Source: Harriotta raleighana
Taxonomy: Eukaryota
Assembly: GCA_050575255.1 (NCBI GenBank)
Contig: JBNZDD010013631.1
Location: 1,289,925 to 1,353,924, forward strand
DNA: 64,000 bases
Direction: 5' to 3'
Below are positions 12,392-25,330 of this stretch, piece by piece. Made by a program: the position numbers and the translations under genes. The stretch's first letter is position 1. Each line of letters opens with the position of its first letter. The notes under the pieces are model-generated. The model saw only the letters and a program-made list of their open reading frames with translations. It made no database searches and was not told where the DNA came from.

Positions 12392-12456
12392 CAAAACAAC
12401 AACAAAATTACATTTATAGAGCGCCTTTCACGTTGGGAGGATGTCCCCAAGCGCTA
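12392..12456 (-). mobile_element. Isolated L2 3' tail
   Basis: caacaacaaaattacatttatagagcgcctttcacgttgggaggatgtccccaagcgct; same tail at 24472, 26478 (minus) and 31720, 44541 (plus). Confidence 0.85.
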
Positions 12457-13223
12457 AAAGAGTGCATGATTTATAGAAAGACTAGCCTTGATAAGTCAAA
12501 CAATTTTGTTTGACTTGTTCCGTGCTTTCTTGCACTTTGTTGCTATGAACCTCTAGGAATATTGAACTCACTCTCTCAGTAATGATAGCCGTGTCTTTGT
12601 GTTCCAGCCGTGGCTCTTGCTGATGTAAGGCTAGGACTTTGGAATTGCAAAGCAGTAAAATGGATGTGTGGAGTCCCCTTTGCCTAAATTGGACAATTCT
12701 GGTCAGCTGTTCTTTATCAACACTGCATCATTAGAAACCACGAGAGGAAAGGGTCAGGGTTTCCTTCATATCCTCTGTGTGTGTGTGTTTTTTTTACAAC
12801 TTCCTGTTAACAAGAAAACAGGATGCGGCTGACAAAAGTGTAATTCAATAAGCTCTATGCTTCCTGCACAGGTTTGCAGAAATCTAATTCATTACCCACA
12901 ACATAGTCTTCAAATCAAACTACAATAAGGAATGCAGACCTAAAGCTTATACAGTACAGTAGTGTGATTTAAAAAAAATAAACTAATGGATAATTGGCAA
13001 TGAATATACAGTATCATTATTTGCATTTAAAGCCTGCAGATAATAAGCCATTAACTGGAGCACTTCTGACATAACAGAGTGTGGACACTAATGTATCTGT
13101 CCATATATACTTCCCGCTGCATTGACATTTCTGCATTGCTTCACTAAATAGTTAATGACTGGAGCTAGAATTAAAATACCTTAATGTATTGCCTTGTCAA
13201 CACAATACAGGAGTCAGGTCACC

Positions 13224-13307
13224 AAAAACAAAAAGGCCTTTTCTTAATTTGGCCCCTGTCAGTTTCATAATTCATCTCCGAAATGAGGCAATTATTTTTG
13301 CATCTCT
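13224..13307 (-). repeat. Right arm of long-range inverted repeat (partner 10679-10762)
   Basis: Reverse complement aligns to the left arm with about 6 substitutions and two 2-nt indels. Confidence 0.95.
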
Positions 13308-13459
13308 GTATATAACTGTTTTTAACAATACATCTTTGTTGTAGGTATTGATTGTACAATGAATGAAGATCTGCTTTGTCGGGGCACTTGGTGTTCTACC
13401 AGCAATTCTTTATAAATGCCACTTCAAGTTTAACTCTACATCTCCAAACTAATAGAAAC

Positions 13460-13870
13460 TAATATTCTTTACATACTGGACATGATGCCTTTCATAGTAG
13501 GATGACATCTCAAATCATTTCATAGAATAGATTGTAAAGTGAAGCAACCGGATTTTTGTAGGTGAACCAGATAGACAATTTGCACACAGCACAAAGCAGT
13601 GAATGATCATTGAACGACTAGTCATTCAATGATGAATTTTGTTTATGGGATTGCTGACCAGGACACTGAGAGAGAGAAAAAAAAATTCTCTTTTCAAATA
13701 GTGCCCATAAGATCTTGAACATTTATTTGAACAGACAGCAGAGACATCAGTTTAATGTTTCATTCAAAGAACTGGGACTCCAGCAAAGCTGTTCACCCCC
13801 CAGCATTTCACAATAGGAGTTCCAAGTCCCAAAGTGTAACTTGTACCCAAAACCTTCTGATTCACAGGCA
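13460..13870 (-). mobile_element. Deu-domain SINE
   Basis: caatttgcacacagc, ccaggacac, ttcaaatagtgccc, agtttaatgtttcattcaaaga. Confidence 0.75.
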
Positions 13871-13877
13871 GGAGTTT

Positions 13878-14215
13878 TCTGGAATCCTCTAGTTGAATAG
13901 TCAGAGCACTCGTCTCGCAAGTGAGACGACCTGGGCTTGATTCCCGAGAGGGTGAAAGATTGTACTAGCTTCATTACTCTACACGCCTCTCTTTACCGAG
14001 CAGTAAGTCGGAACCTGGTTGTTAGTCGATTGGCAAATGACTTTTCTGGGGTTAATAATTCCTGTAAAAAATCTTACTTAATCCACGACTGTTTGTAAGA
14101 CATCGCTCTGCATAATTGGCTGCCACGTTTCGCCTACGAAACATAGTCAGTTCACTTTACAGTATATTCTGTGAAGCATTTGGAGGTGGTATGTCAAATG
14201 TAAGGATTATTATTA
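13878..14215 (+). mobile_element. Full tRNA-Meta-Deu SINE, long variant
   Basis: tRNA-like head (agagcactcgtctcgcaagtgag...gattcccg), cgcctctctttaccgagcagtaag, Deu 3' part, tail. Confidence 0.9.
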
Positions 14216-14974
14216 ACGTTGTTATTACATAACTGAGCCAGGCTGACTGAAAGCTCATAACTTATTGCAAGGTTAATGTTTCACGAGCAGCAACTTGCTC
14301 ATGAAATGACACCTCATTCTAATGGGAGATTCGCCAGTGAGCATGCGTTACATCACAACTAACCAGCAAACCACATTCTCTAACCATGTATGGATGATTG
14401 TGGTTACAGAATAAACGGTTAGATGTCAATAAGGAGTAGAAATCATTCCCCGGTTCAGGGGAACAGTATCTGCGATGGTAAAGCCTAGTTATATTGCTGA
14501 TACGCCGATTACTGGATCATCTCCATTTGGAAGAGGGGCCAAAGTGTTTTATGTCGAGCTGTGCTGCTCACGAAGAAGTTCACGGAGGGTTTCCGAGTCG
14601 CTTAGTGAGAGCTCACACCTGTGGTTGTTTTATGTTACGAATAATAATAATACTAATCCTTGCATTCAATTGATCTAGCGCCTCATCACATTTTCGAGAC
14701 GTCTCAAAGCGCTTCACGGAATATACTGTCAAGCGAATTGACTGCATATTACACACAAACTTCCCAGCGCTTTCTTTCCGTTCTATTTTCTGCATCTGTG
14801 CCTTTCTTGACACCAAAGCAATATCACGGCAAAGTGCCAACATTTTTTGCGCATGAAATCACCTACATAGTCAGTCATTGGGAGGAAAATATTAATATCG
14901 ATCCAGAACCATTGGGTAACCCTATGGGAGCTTTACTTACCTATTGCTCAATTGTTGCTCACCTACCCAATGAA

Positions 14975-15230
14975 TATTTGGCAAGTTAATATCATGTTTC
15001 TCCACGCCTGATAATAATCCCTCAAAAAGCTATAATAATAATAATAAATTGGTTATTTCAAACCACAACTGTTTGTGGGACACTGTGCACAATCGGTTGC
15101 TGTGTTTCTTCCACTTATATACATATAAATATATATACAGTCAATTCACTACAGTATATTCTGTGAAGCGCTTTGAGACATCTGGAAGATGTGAAAAGTG
15201 CTATATCAAATGCAAGGATTATTATTATAT
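14975..15230 (+). mobile_element. SINE, short variant, headless
   Basis: tccacgcctgataataatccctc junction; tail agcgctttgagacatctggaagatgtgaaaagtgct. Confidence 0.85.
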
Positions 15231-18200
15231 ATAAAGCCACATTTATCAACAGAGATGTCCTCCTGTGAGATTCCCTAGATGACGGGACTTTCAGCGACAA
15301 TGGGAAAGGCGTTAAACAAATTTTGTTGTTTGTTGCTGTGCCTCCTCGATCGGTAATAATAATTATTTCTGGCCATGTACTTTGATAACTGGCCATGAAA
15401 CCAGTTTCTCTCTCTCCTGTTGACCGTCAAGCTTCACTGTACTTTTTCCTGTGTTGTCTCCAAAACCTCCTAAATTTCTGAGACTTTTTTGAAATACAAC
15501 GCCTAATCTTTCTGTGTGAGAGTTACCTCTTCAGCTTCCAGTCAGTTGAGGCACCAAAGATTTTGCTTCAGTGTTTACCACCTCACTTAACTAACAGACT
15601 CATCTCCTCACACGGTTGTCGAGTCGATTGGTAGATTGCTTTTACCGACCGTAATAATCCCTTCAAGATGATAATAATTTGGTCACTCAATCCATGACTG
15701 TTTGTGGAACACCATCTCTTGCTTTCCCTACCCATTCATTTTATTTTCACATTGTTCATATCTCCTACTACAGGTCCAAGGGCTGAGAGAGAAGAGAGGT
15801 TTTAAGCATGTCTCAGATTTTGCATTCGCAAATGTCAGTACACTCACTTTCAGTGAACTCACTCACAACATTATTTTCACCTCTGTCTTCTGAGAAAGGT
15901 TGGAAAGGAGATTTTTTAGTCCTCAGTTGGGATCCGAAGCCCAAGGCTTTTTAATAGTTATACTGATATCATCATAAAATGATCATAAAATAAGCTCTGA
16001 GAGACATTGCCTTGCTTGGAGAGTGCTATATAAGTGGAAGTTGTTGTTATACCATTATTCAGAAGTCTAGCTTTCGTGGAGGAAGTATTTTGCTGACACA
16101 TTTTTAACAATTGTTCAATTTGTTCACTCATTAAAGTTTAACATCGAAAAGGTAAGGGGGATTCTCCGGGAATCCTGGCAAACAATCTCCTAGATAAAAT
16201 TGTCGATCGACTTTCAGGCGGTTTAACAAAATTTTACTGTGTGTAAATTTACTGCTGCTTTTGGCCACAAACACTCAATCACTACACTTTACAATATATC
16301 CTGTGAAGCACTTTAAGGCATCTTGATAAAGTGCCCTGAGTGAAAAGGAAAGGTTTATTGTGCTTATTATTGTTGTTGTTTATTAAATAAGTTAATGTAA
16401 TGTGTTTAGGAATACCACAATTTTCACTTCCATATTATCATAAAATGTCCCACAACACAACCACTAAGGAATCAACCAGTTTTATTGGAGGAATTGTTGG
16501 CTTGGGGACCGGGCGAAAGTACCTTCAAGGGGATCTTTATCATCTGCCTGAACAAGCGGACAAGATCCTCGGTTTAATGTCTCTACCAAAGGCCAGCACC
16601 TTCACCTTCAATTCAGCACTGATTTGGAGTCTGAGTCTAGGCGGGGAATTCCAAGCTTTGTGGTTGCTGTGGGCAGGACGCTCTATTTGAGAAACATCCG
16701 CAAGCTGAGTCAATAATACTATTTTTGGTGTTTCCCTTCCAGAAACTTAACATAACATTTCTAGGTTATGGATGAAGCGGAGGTGGTGGGGTGGGTAGGT
16801 GGTTGGGTTGATATTAAATCAGCCCGCGGACAGTCAGTCGGATCAATCAATCAATCAATCATTACATTTATATAGATATATACTAGATCATACTAGACTA
16901 AAGCGTCTGAGTTTACCAGTCCTATCACATGGCTACAACTTCTGATTCATAAGCCAAGAGTGCTGGGTTGACTCTTTCAATTATCTATTATGAATGAGCA
17001 TTTGCAAAGATGTAACAGTTTATTTTAAAATTAAATTATATTAGGGCTGCTGAAATTCCCATATATTCATCCAGTTCATAAATTTATAGTAAAATATGTA
17101 GCATGTGTTTTTACTCTTCATTTCCATTCATTTGCATATTGTCACTGATTTGGGCAAAGGATGACAACATGATCAACATAGAGATCATCCCAGCTTGGCT
17201 ATGTCCCCAATTCAGTAATGATGTTATAGCTGACAGCGAATAAACTGGAAATATTATCAAAAGGAGAATAGAGGTTGTTTAATTCAAGCCCTTAAATATG
17301 ACAACCTCAACCAACGACCACATCAAGAGTGCATTTGTGAGATAACTCCAATTTCATTGGATGAAATTGATCAAGACAGAACAAAAGGTTACATACACAT
17401 CCAAGACATTGAGATTTACATATGTTGAATTCAGGGGAAATGTTTAGAAAGGAATATATTTATGAGTTTGCATCACAAAAGAATTGATAGGTGAGCATTC
17501 AGTTATGTTTTTTATTTATTGTTTTCTGACATAGAAGAAAATAAAGAGCAAGAATTTCTGCCTTTATGTTTTCAGTGACAAACGTACGAGTGGTCAGACT
17601 TCATCATCAAAACGTTTAAGTAATAAAAAATACATTAAAACAATTACTATAGCATTGGAGCTCTCTTGCTAATGTACCATCATAACTGGCAAAACTATGG
17701 TTTTGAGAAGTCTTCTATGCTTCTAGCAAGGAAATACAGTAATTCCTTCAAAAAAAATTAATCAATTGGTCACTCAATCCACAATTGTTTGTGGGACACT
17801 GCTGTTTTCAATTGACTGCCAGGTTTTTGCCCACAAAATTTACAGTCAATTCATTTATATAAATTTCTGTTTCCCAGTAAGTCTGGTTGTCAGTCATCAT
17901 TTAAATAAATACTGTACATAAACATTAGGTCAACTTTTGTGCTGTGACAATTTGAACAAATAAATAAAGGCACAGAAACTGATGGGATTCTCATTTAGCT
18001 CTGAATTCTAGGACTCTTTTGAGTTGTTGGGTGATAAGATGTTTATTTGAATATCTGGATCAGCATCCGTCAGTAATCTTTTGCTAGCCTTGACAATAAA
18101 CTCTTAGAATTTATAGTCCAATGTATTCATGTGTTGTGTGATGGCTACTATATGTCTTAGATTGTATCCGCAGTAAACACCCTTCAATTTATTTTATTCC

Positions 18201-19459
18201 AAAATGTTACTAATATCTAAATTATTTGTCTAAAAAGGATGTTGCAGGACCCGTTTAATAAATGAGAAGGACTCAAAAAGTCCAAATTAGGATAAATCTG
18301 TAAGAAATTAACATTTGTTGGTAGCTAACACCTAGCCATCGAGAGCTAGCTGGGTTTATGTGTCTTCATTGACGTTCGTGATTTCTATGAATATGGACAA
18401 CGTATCATATTGGTCAAAGTTTGTAATAATCATTTGTCTCGAGTAACAAGATTCATTCCCATTTTAGAACTTAAGATTCGAAGCAAACTTCATTCTCAGA
18501 AACCTCTCCTCCTTCAATTGCTCCTCACTTTCATTGCCTGTCTTTTTTCCTTTTGTATCTATCCTGTACAACTATTGTACTTGTGTAAATGCATTTGCAT
18601 TGTATTGATACAATTATAAGGATGTTTTTCTTGGTTGCTTGCTCTCAGACCTCTTCTATCGTATGACCAGCTTCTGAAGCAGTATGTGGGGAAATCCTAA
18701 TACAACTCACATGATAATCCCTCCCTGCTTTCACACCTTGTCCAACACCACTGCAAAATCAGCTGCTCAGGAGATAGATGGGGAAATCCTGGAGGAATTT
18801 TTCTATCTTGGAATAACCCAATTTCTGTTAATGCCTCCCTCTACCAGCTGAGTCAAGATTCATGATGAACGCGCTCAAAAGCGCAAATTACTCTTTGAAA
18901 TTTCTCAACACTGAATGATTGCAGTGCCTTCAATTTTAGAGTGGCAAAATTCATTAGGGAGTTTAGACTGTAACCTACTGCACAAGTCCCACGAGAGGCT
19001 TAAGGAAAATGGGACAAAATTCTACCTGCGTTTAGATCTGCAAAATTAACATAGCAATTCAGAGCAACCAAAGTTTGGCAATATGTTGAATTTAGTCTTA
19101 ACATTGAAATCTTTTTGCCGTTGTAGTAAACAGATCTTACCAGGGAAAAAACATCAAATCAATGGCTGTAATTCATAAATTTGCTAAATTCTGGCTGCTC
19201 TAAATGCATTGTTAATAATTGTAAATCTGTGGTAGAAATTACAACTATGCTATCTCATCCACCAAAACTAACTACTTTAGTCCCAACTCTCTCTTTTTTT
19301 CCAGCACACTTTGATATTCTTCCTTTTCAAATGTTTATCCAATTCCCTTTTAAATGCAGTTATTTTTAACGTCAACCCTGGTTGCCTTCCATTCTTTTAC
19401 ACATACCGTCTTGAGAATGGAAGAAGTTGAAGCCTGAGACAATCTCAGTAGGCAGTTAA

Positions 19460-19795
19460 TGGAGTCCCATAGCTCAGTAGTTAGAGTACTTGCCTCAAAA
19501 GTGCAAGACCTGGGTTTTATTCTCGACAGGGCTAAATGTTGGGCAAGTTTCCTTGCTGGATGTTAGGTGATTGGCAGATCACTTGTTCAGTGTTAATAAT
19601 TCCTTGAAAAAATAATAGATTCATCACTTCAATCCACAACTGTTTGTGGGACATTGCTGCATACAATGGGCTGCCGCATTTCGCCCACGAAAATATGCAG
19701 TCAATTCACTTTGCTGTAAGTCCTGTGAAGTGCTTTGAGACATCTCGAAGACTTGATAAGGCACCTCAGTATGCGAGGGTTAATATTAGCATTAT
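19460..19795 (+). mobile_element. Full tRNA-headed SINE
   Basis: tggagtcccatagctcagtagttagag, ttgggcaagtttcc, Deu 3' part, tail. Confidence 0.85.
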
Positions 19796-22447
19796 AAGCA
19801 GGCCGTGTAGGAAATTTGTCTCATTCAAAATATTCTTGCAAATATTTTGCATTCAACTGTTGCTTGTTACTCGCTCAAGATAGTATGGACAGCATCCCCN
19901 GGTTCCATCTATCTCGCTCAAGATAGTATGTACAGCATCCCCCATCACAGATATACAAATTCAAATGCTTCCCAAATTTAGATCACACTGGTCCAGATTG
20001 CATTTAGGTTGAGGTCTACCGAATAGGTCTGNTTACTCGCTCAAGATAGTATGGACAGCATCCCCCATCACAGACATACAAATTCAAATGCTTCCCAAAT
20101 TTAAATCACACTGGTCCAGATTGCATTTAGGTTGAGGTCTACCGAATAGGTCTGGAAAGATAAGCTGTTGCCCGACAAAACATTCACTCACTGCATTTTA
20201 GTGCATCCTATAGAGAGCTTTGCAACATCCTATTGATGTGAAAGTCGCTATACTAAATTCAAGAAATAGTATTATTATAATATTATAATTATTTATTATT
20301 ATAACTAGACACATTTTATTCCATGTTTTGTGAAACACATTTCCAATCCATTTGCTTTACTTTGTAGTCTGTTTTATATTTTCTTGACCAATGTTTTCTG
20401 CCAACTGGGTTCTTTCCCCCCCTTTCTCCCCTAACTCCACTTCCATGAAGTGTTTGTGGGACAGTGTTATGCGAAATTTGGCTGCCGCTTTTCGCCCACA
20501 AACATACAGTCAATTTTCCTACTCTCCTTCCCCCTCCTTTAGAGACATCTACTCAAATCTCACATTCACTGCTCATTCATTCCCTTTAATATCCTTCAAT
20601 AATTCCTCAACTATTTGCGAAGAGGCAATAAACAACACGCACTGTACTTCTGAACTGTTTTAATTCATTTGTGCTTTCACTACACCAGACGTCATACCTT
20701 GCATGCGCTCTCAGTAATGTCTCTTTCATGTCTCTTTGATTTAAATTCTCCAGCTGTTCTCATGCCCCCTAACATTCCACTCCAAATATTTGCAAAAAGG
20801 TGTTAGGCAATGGTTCTGATGTCTGATCCTACAGATTGTTTATAATGCAAGATACATATATAAAATAATAATACTGTACTAATAATAATAAGACTTTGAT
20901 GCAGCACCTTTCATGTCAGTAGTGCCTCTGAAAACATTTCACAGGATTTATTGTCAAGCGTAAATGACTTTATATTTTGTAGGTGAACGTGACAGCCAAT
21001 TTCCACCCAGCAATGCCTCACAAAACAGCCATGAAGCGAATGATCAATTTCATCTGGGGATTGAAGTAAGCACGTTGGGATACAATCCTTTCTTGAACAC
21101 AAGAACTTTAACGTCCACATCAAGAGGCAGACCAGGAAAGCTCTGTCCAGCATTCCTCCAGCATTGTATCATTATTAACCTGGACTGTGAGTAACAAGTT
21201 TTCCAGTACAAACGAAAGTTTGAAACCACAAACTTCTGACTTAGAAGGTGACAATTTTATCAATCAAACCAGACAATAACCCATAATATAAATGATGACA
21301 CCCACCCAGACATATTATACCCTAGTTATTCAAGAATTACAAGGGGGGGAGGGTGGAGGTTTATGTGGACAGGTAAGGTTGAAAGACCAACTACCAGTGA
21401 TGGGGAGTGAGGCAGCGAGGGAGATGACTGCTGTTTGGAGGAAGCGGGTGGCTTCACAGGGTTTGAGGAGATCACAGAGTTATTTTGGGGGTTAGAGATC
21501 ACGGAGGGATTTTAAGGTGAAGGCAAGAATCTTGAACTCGATTTTTGCTATTGAGTGTTGGGCACCCTATTTGAGAAACGTCTGTATGTCACATCAGTAA
21601 CATCTTTCAACAGGTGCAACAGATCTTCAGAACATCAATTATATTTACCACATTTATCAGACATAATGCTCTTTCCTGGTTGCAATCCTCTGATAAAATA
21701 TCTGTGACTGTACGAAGGACAGATAAGGATAGGAATAGTTGTGTCAGATTGGCTGTTGACAAAGAATAAGCCGTTTGATCGAAGCAATCTACCATTTCAA
21801 GGAAGTTCACTGTCTTCTTGGATTAGACCTGGCAACTACACCGTAGATTTGTTGATAATACTATTCCTGCCTGGTATTGCCTTTACATGCCTTATATAAT
21901 ATCCACAGCTGCTATTTCAGAAACCTTTCACTCTTTTTTCTTGTATATAAAGAGTTCCTCTTTTGTAACTACTTGACTGATCGAGTTTTTCCTTGAACTT
22001 GTTATGTTGCACCTTTTCAGTTTTTCCTCTTTCCGGGAGGCAGTGACTCCAGGATGTGAATGTTGATACACTGTTTGACTAGTTGAGACTGGAGAAGGCA
22101 ACTGTACCAGAAAACACTCCTTACCCAACAACCATACAAACATACTGTACATACTTTCAAGGAGGTGATCACTCAATGAGGAACAGAAACACAGGTGGGT
22201 TTTTTCGCTCACTCAGAGAGTGATTTAAAATCTAATAACGCATCGCAGGGTATTCCATAGACTAGAGTATAGTGACTGTTTTGTGGGCAAAATAAACTAA
22301 TTCAGTAATAAACTGGGATTAAATTTGGGATTTCCCAGATCTGTTTCCCACTAGACAGTGGAGGGCGCTATATCAATCCAAGCTGTTGTTGTTGATGATG
22401 TCCCACCCATGGATAGAAAGTTAGCGGAACCAACTTCCACCAAGATG

Positions 22448-22762
22448 TGGAGTCCTGTAGCTCAGTGATTAGAGCACTCGCTTTTCAAGCGAGTGACTTG
22501 AGTTCGATTCCAGGCAGGGTGAAACCTTAGGCAAGTTTCCTTACTCTATGCACCTAATAATAATCCCTCCAAAAAAAATAACAATTTGTTCACACAATTC
22601 ACAACTGTTTGTGGGATACACTGCTGTGTGCAAAATGGCTGCCGTGTTTTGCTCACAAATATACAGTCAATTCACTTTACAGTATATTCTATGAAGTGCT
22701 TTGAGACATCTAGAAGACGTGAAACGCACTATATCAAATACAAGGATGATTATTATTATTAT
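22448..22762 (+). mobile_element. Full tRNA-headed SINE, short variant; Pol III A/B boxes
   Basis: A box TAGCTCAGTGA, B box GTTCGATTCC, cloverleaf-like head, (TTA)n tail. Confidence 0.92.
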
Positions 22763-24084
22763 CCAATCAGTTCTCTTCCTAAGTAGCTACCTTAGAAGCT
22801 GTGAATGACAGCTGGACATCAGACAACTTTCCCTTTGACCTTTCTTTTGATATAATTTGCACTCCCATCACTTGGGTGTGGAGGGAGGCAAGTCATATAA
22901 TTTACCATTGAAGCCAGTTACTGTATTTAGATGACAGGAGTCACAGCACAGTTGGGGAACACCAGCGCTGGCCAGCAAAACAGGTTCAGTCAGAATGTGT
23001 ATATGTATTGACAAATTGACTGGTTGTGGGTGACTGGAGAAACCAAATGAGTCATCATACTTGGTGACAGCAAAACTGCACGGTAGTGCTGGTCAGTGGG
23101 GTGAGGGGTGAAAAAGTCCCATCCCTAACAGACTAAATGGCTGTTATAACTAATGAAGGCTTCAGCACTGTTACGCTGTATTGGCTTTAGACTCTTAAGA
23201 TGATATTTCAAAGAATGTAAATTGTAGACTTTGCAGAGGCAAAGTTCATGCGCTTATCACTGCTGGGTTCAAAGACAAGCAAATTTATAGCTGACAAGCA
23301 TTGAAGAGGCCACTGACTGTGATTGATCCACTCCATGGAACTCTTCCAAATCCCTTCTCTCCCTGTCTTCAAAAAAGTTTTAGTATTTTTAAAAAAACTT
23401 TGTCCTTATCTTTGATCAAGAGTCTCAAACTTCCCTGCCTTCCATCAATGCTCAGTGATTTCCCCCACTGCTGTTATGAATGATATTACGAATGATCCTC
23501 TTGGCATTTGGTGTAGTGTCTTTCACATCAGGAGATCTGTGTCTCAAAACACTTCAGAGAGTTAATGAGTAAAGTACAGTACCTCTACATGACTTGTAGG
23601 TGGTCACATTGTGAGACACTTGTTCACCTATTGTGAAACACTTCAAGACCTACATCCTATGGGCGCAAGATGCTAGCTATATGGTTGCAAGTTGTGGATT
23701 ATTGAAACTACACTCACTCAAAGGGAAGATTCATTCAAGGCATACTTCCCCTTTGCTCTTGGCAGGCTTGTTGGGCAGACAGTAAATATTTAACACTGAC
23801 ATCCCCTTTGACACAAAATTCCTCCTCTAGTGTGGAGCACAGTTAAGGGAGGGAGACTTCCGAGAAAGTGACAAAACATTCTTCCCTATTTCAGACACAC
23901 TTCTGTTGACCGCTGAAGACTGGCCCCATTCAGATAAACAAACTGACAATTGGAATAGACTTGTTTCAAAAACTTCCTCATGAGTTTTCCATATAAGATT
24001 CAAAGCCAAAGACACATTTGCCAGAATTTCTCATTATTTCTCTTTGGCTTTTCTAACTTTGTTTTGTTCCACTCACGCAGGAGG

Positions 24085-24300
24085 TTTATTAGAATACGAA
24101 ATGTGCCTGTTTGAAGCAAAGTCCATAAAAGCATTTAAAATGGAATGGAATAAATAATTCATGAAAAATAAAATTAAAGAGTTAGGAAAAAACACAGAAA
24201 TAGGATTAGAGGAAAGGTTCAAGTGGGGAACATGGCAATAGTAGAAACAATTAGTTGAATGGCCTGCCTCAATGTTTGCTGTAAGCATTCAAGCAACGTT
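24085..24300 (+). mobile_element. CR1 LINE 3' end, degenerate
   Basis: gcatttaaaatggaatggaataaata...gttgaatggcctgcctc, similar to 36945-37170. Confidence 0.65.
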
Positions 24301-24337
24301 CCTTCACATCATTGGTTTTACTTAAGGCCATAGTTTA

Positions 24338-24950
24338 CAACAACAACAACTTGCATATCTATAGCGCCCCCCACACCTGGTGTTGCCTCAGTACTCTTCA
24401 CAATAGTGGAGTCCAAGGTCAAGCCGAGGGGAGGGGCAGTCAAAGAGAAATGTCTTCAACAGCAAACAAGAGCAACAACAACAAAATTACATCGATAGAG
24501 CGCCTTTCACATTGGGAGGATGTCCCAAGTCTTCAGATGCGGCCTGAAGATGGGAAAGGAGGGGATGAGGCAAAAGGGTTGAGGGAGAGAGTTCCAAAGT
24601 TTGGTGGGGCATAATGGCTGAAAGTACTGCTGCTAAGGGTGGAGCGGAGGATATGGGGGGCAAGGAGCAGACCAGACTCGGGAGAGTGCTGCCAGTTGGC
24701 ACTGCTCTGAGAAGGGAGGATACAGTGGTTGAGAGTGTGGAGGGATATAAACATGATAGTGAGAATCTTGAAGTCAATCTGCTCTATGCCAAGGAACCAG
24801 CAAAGTTTGGCAAGGACTGGGGTAATTGGGGTACGAAGTTTGATGCGGGTAAGAATGCGGGCGACAGACCTTTGGATGAGCTGAATTTTGTGAACGGTGG
24901 AGGAGGGAAGACCAGGGAGGAGGGCATTGGAGTAGTCTAGCAGAGAGTTA
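24338..24950 (-). mobile_element. L2 LINE 3' fragments (two tails)
   Basis: (CAA)n tails at ~24338 and ~24472; body similar to 9600-10030. Confidence 0.9.
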
Positions 24951-25019
24951 ACAATTTGGGTGGTAATTTGGGTCAGAACTAACTATCCTTCAAAACCAAT
25001 ATTCCAGTTTTCATTCACT

Positions 25020-25330
25020 TGGCTTTCCTCCCATTCCACAACATTGCCTGTCTCTGCAATTACATCCACCCCACCCACTCCCCAGGCTGCTGAGACACTC
25101 ATCCATGTCTCCATACCCTTCAGCTCAATTACTCGGATATCCAGCTCATCAGTCTGCCCAGCTCCTCCCTACAGTAGTTCAACACAGTCCATAACTTAAC
25201 AGCTTGTACCTTCTTCACCATCACTCCCATCCTCTAATCGATCATATTCAAGATTCTCATCTCCTCACTTGTAAATACCTCAATAGCACAAAGTGCCTCC
25301 TACCATGGACCCATCCTACACTGCCACTGC
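25020..25330 (+). mobile_element. Degenerate L2 ORF2 fragment
   Basis: Frame reads PQAAETLIHV; attcaagattctcatc matches the FKIL region. Confidence 0.75.

Noticed and set aside
17233-17620. Long frame with an internal TGA, a donor at ~17471 and an in-phase next segment; possible selenoprotein
   Set aside because: No resemblance to selenoprotein families I know, no SECIS seen, and weak acceptors; compatible with chance.
21607-22212. Two adjacent minus-strand ORFs suggesting a pseudogene
   Set aside because: No recognisable domain in any frame and multiple stops; unresolved without BLASTX.
22450-22522. tRNA gene-like cloverleaf
   Set aside because: It is a SINE head: it continues into the SINE body, and the anticodon position varies among copies (TTC, TAC, TGC, CAC, CGC).
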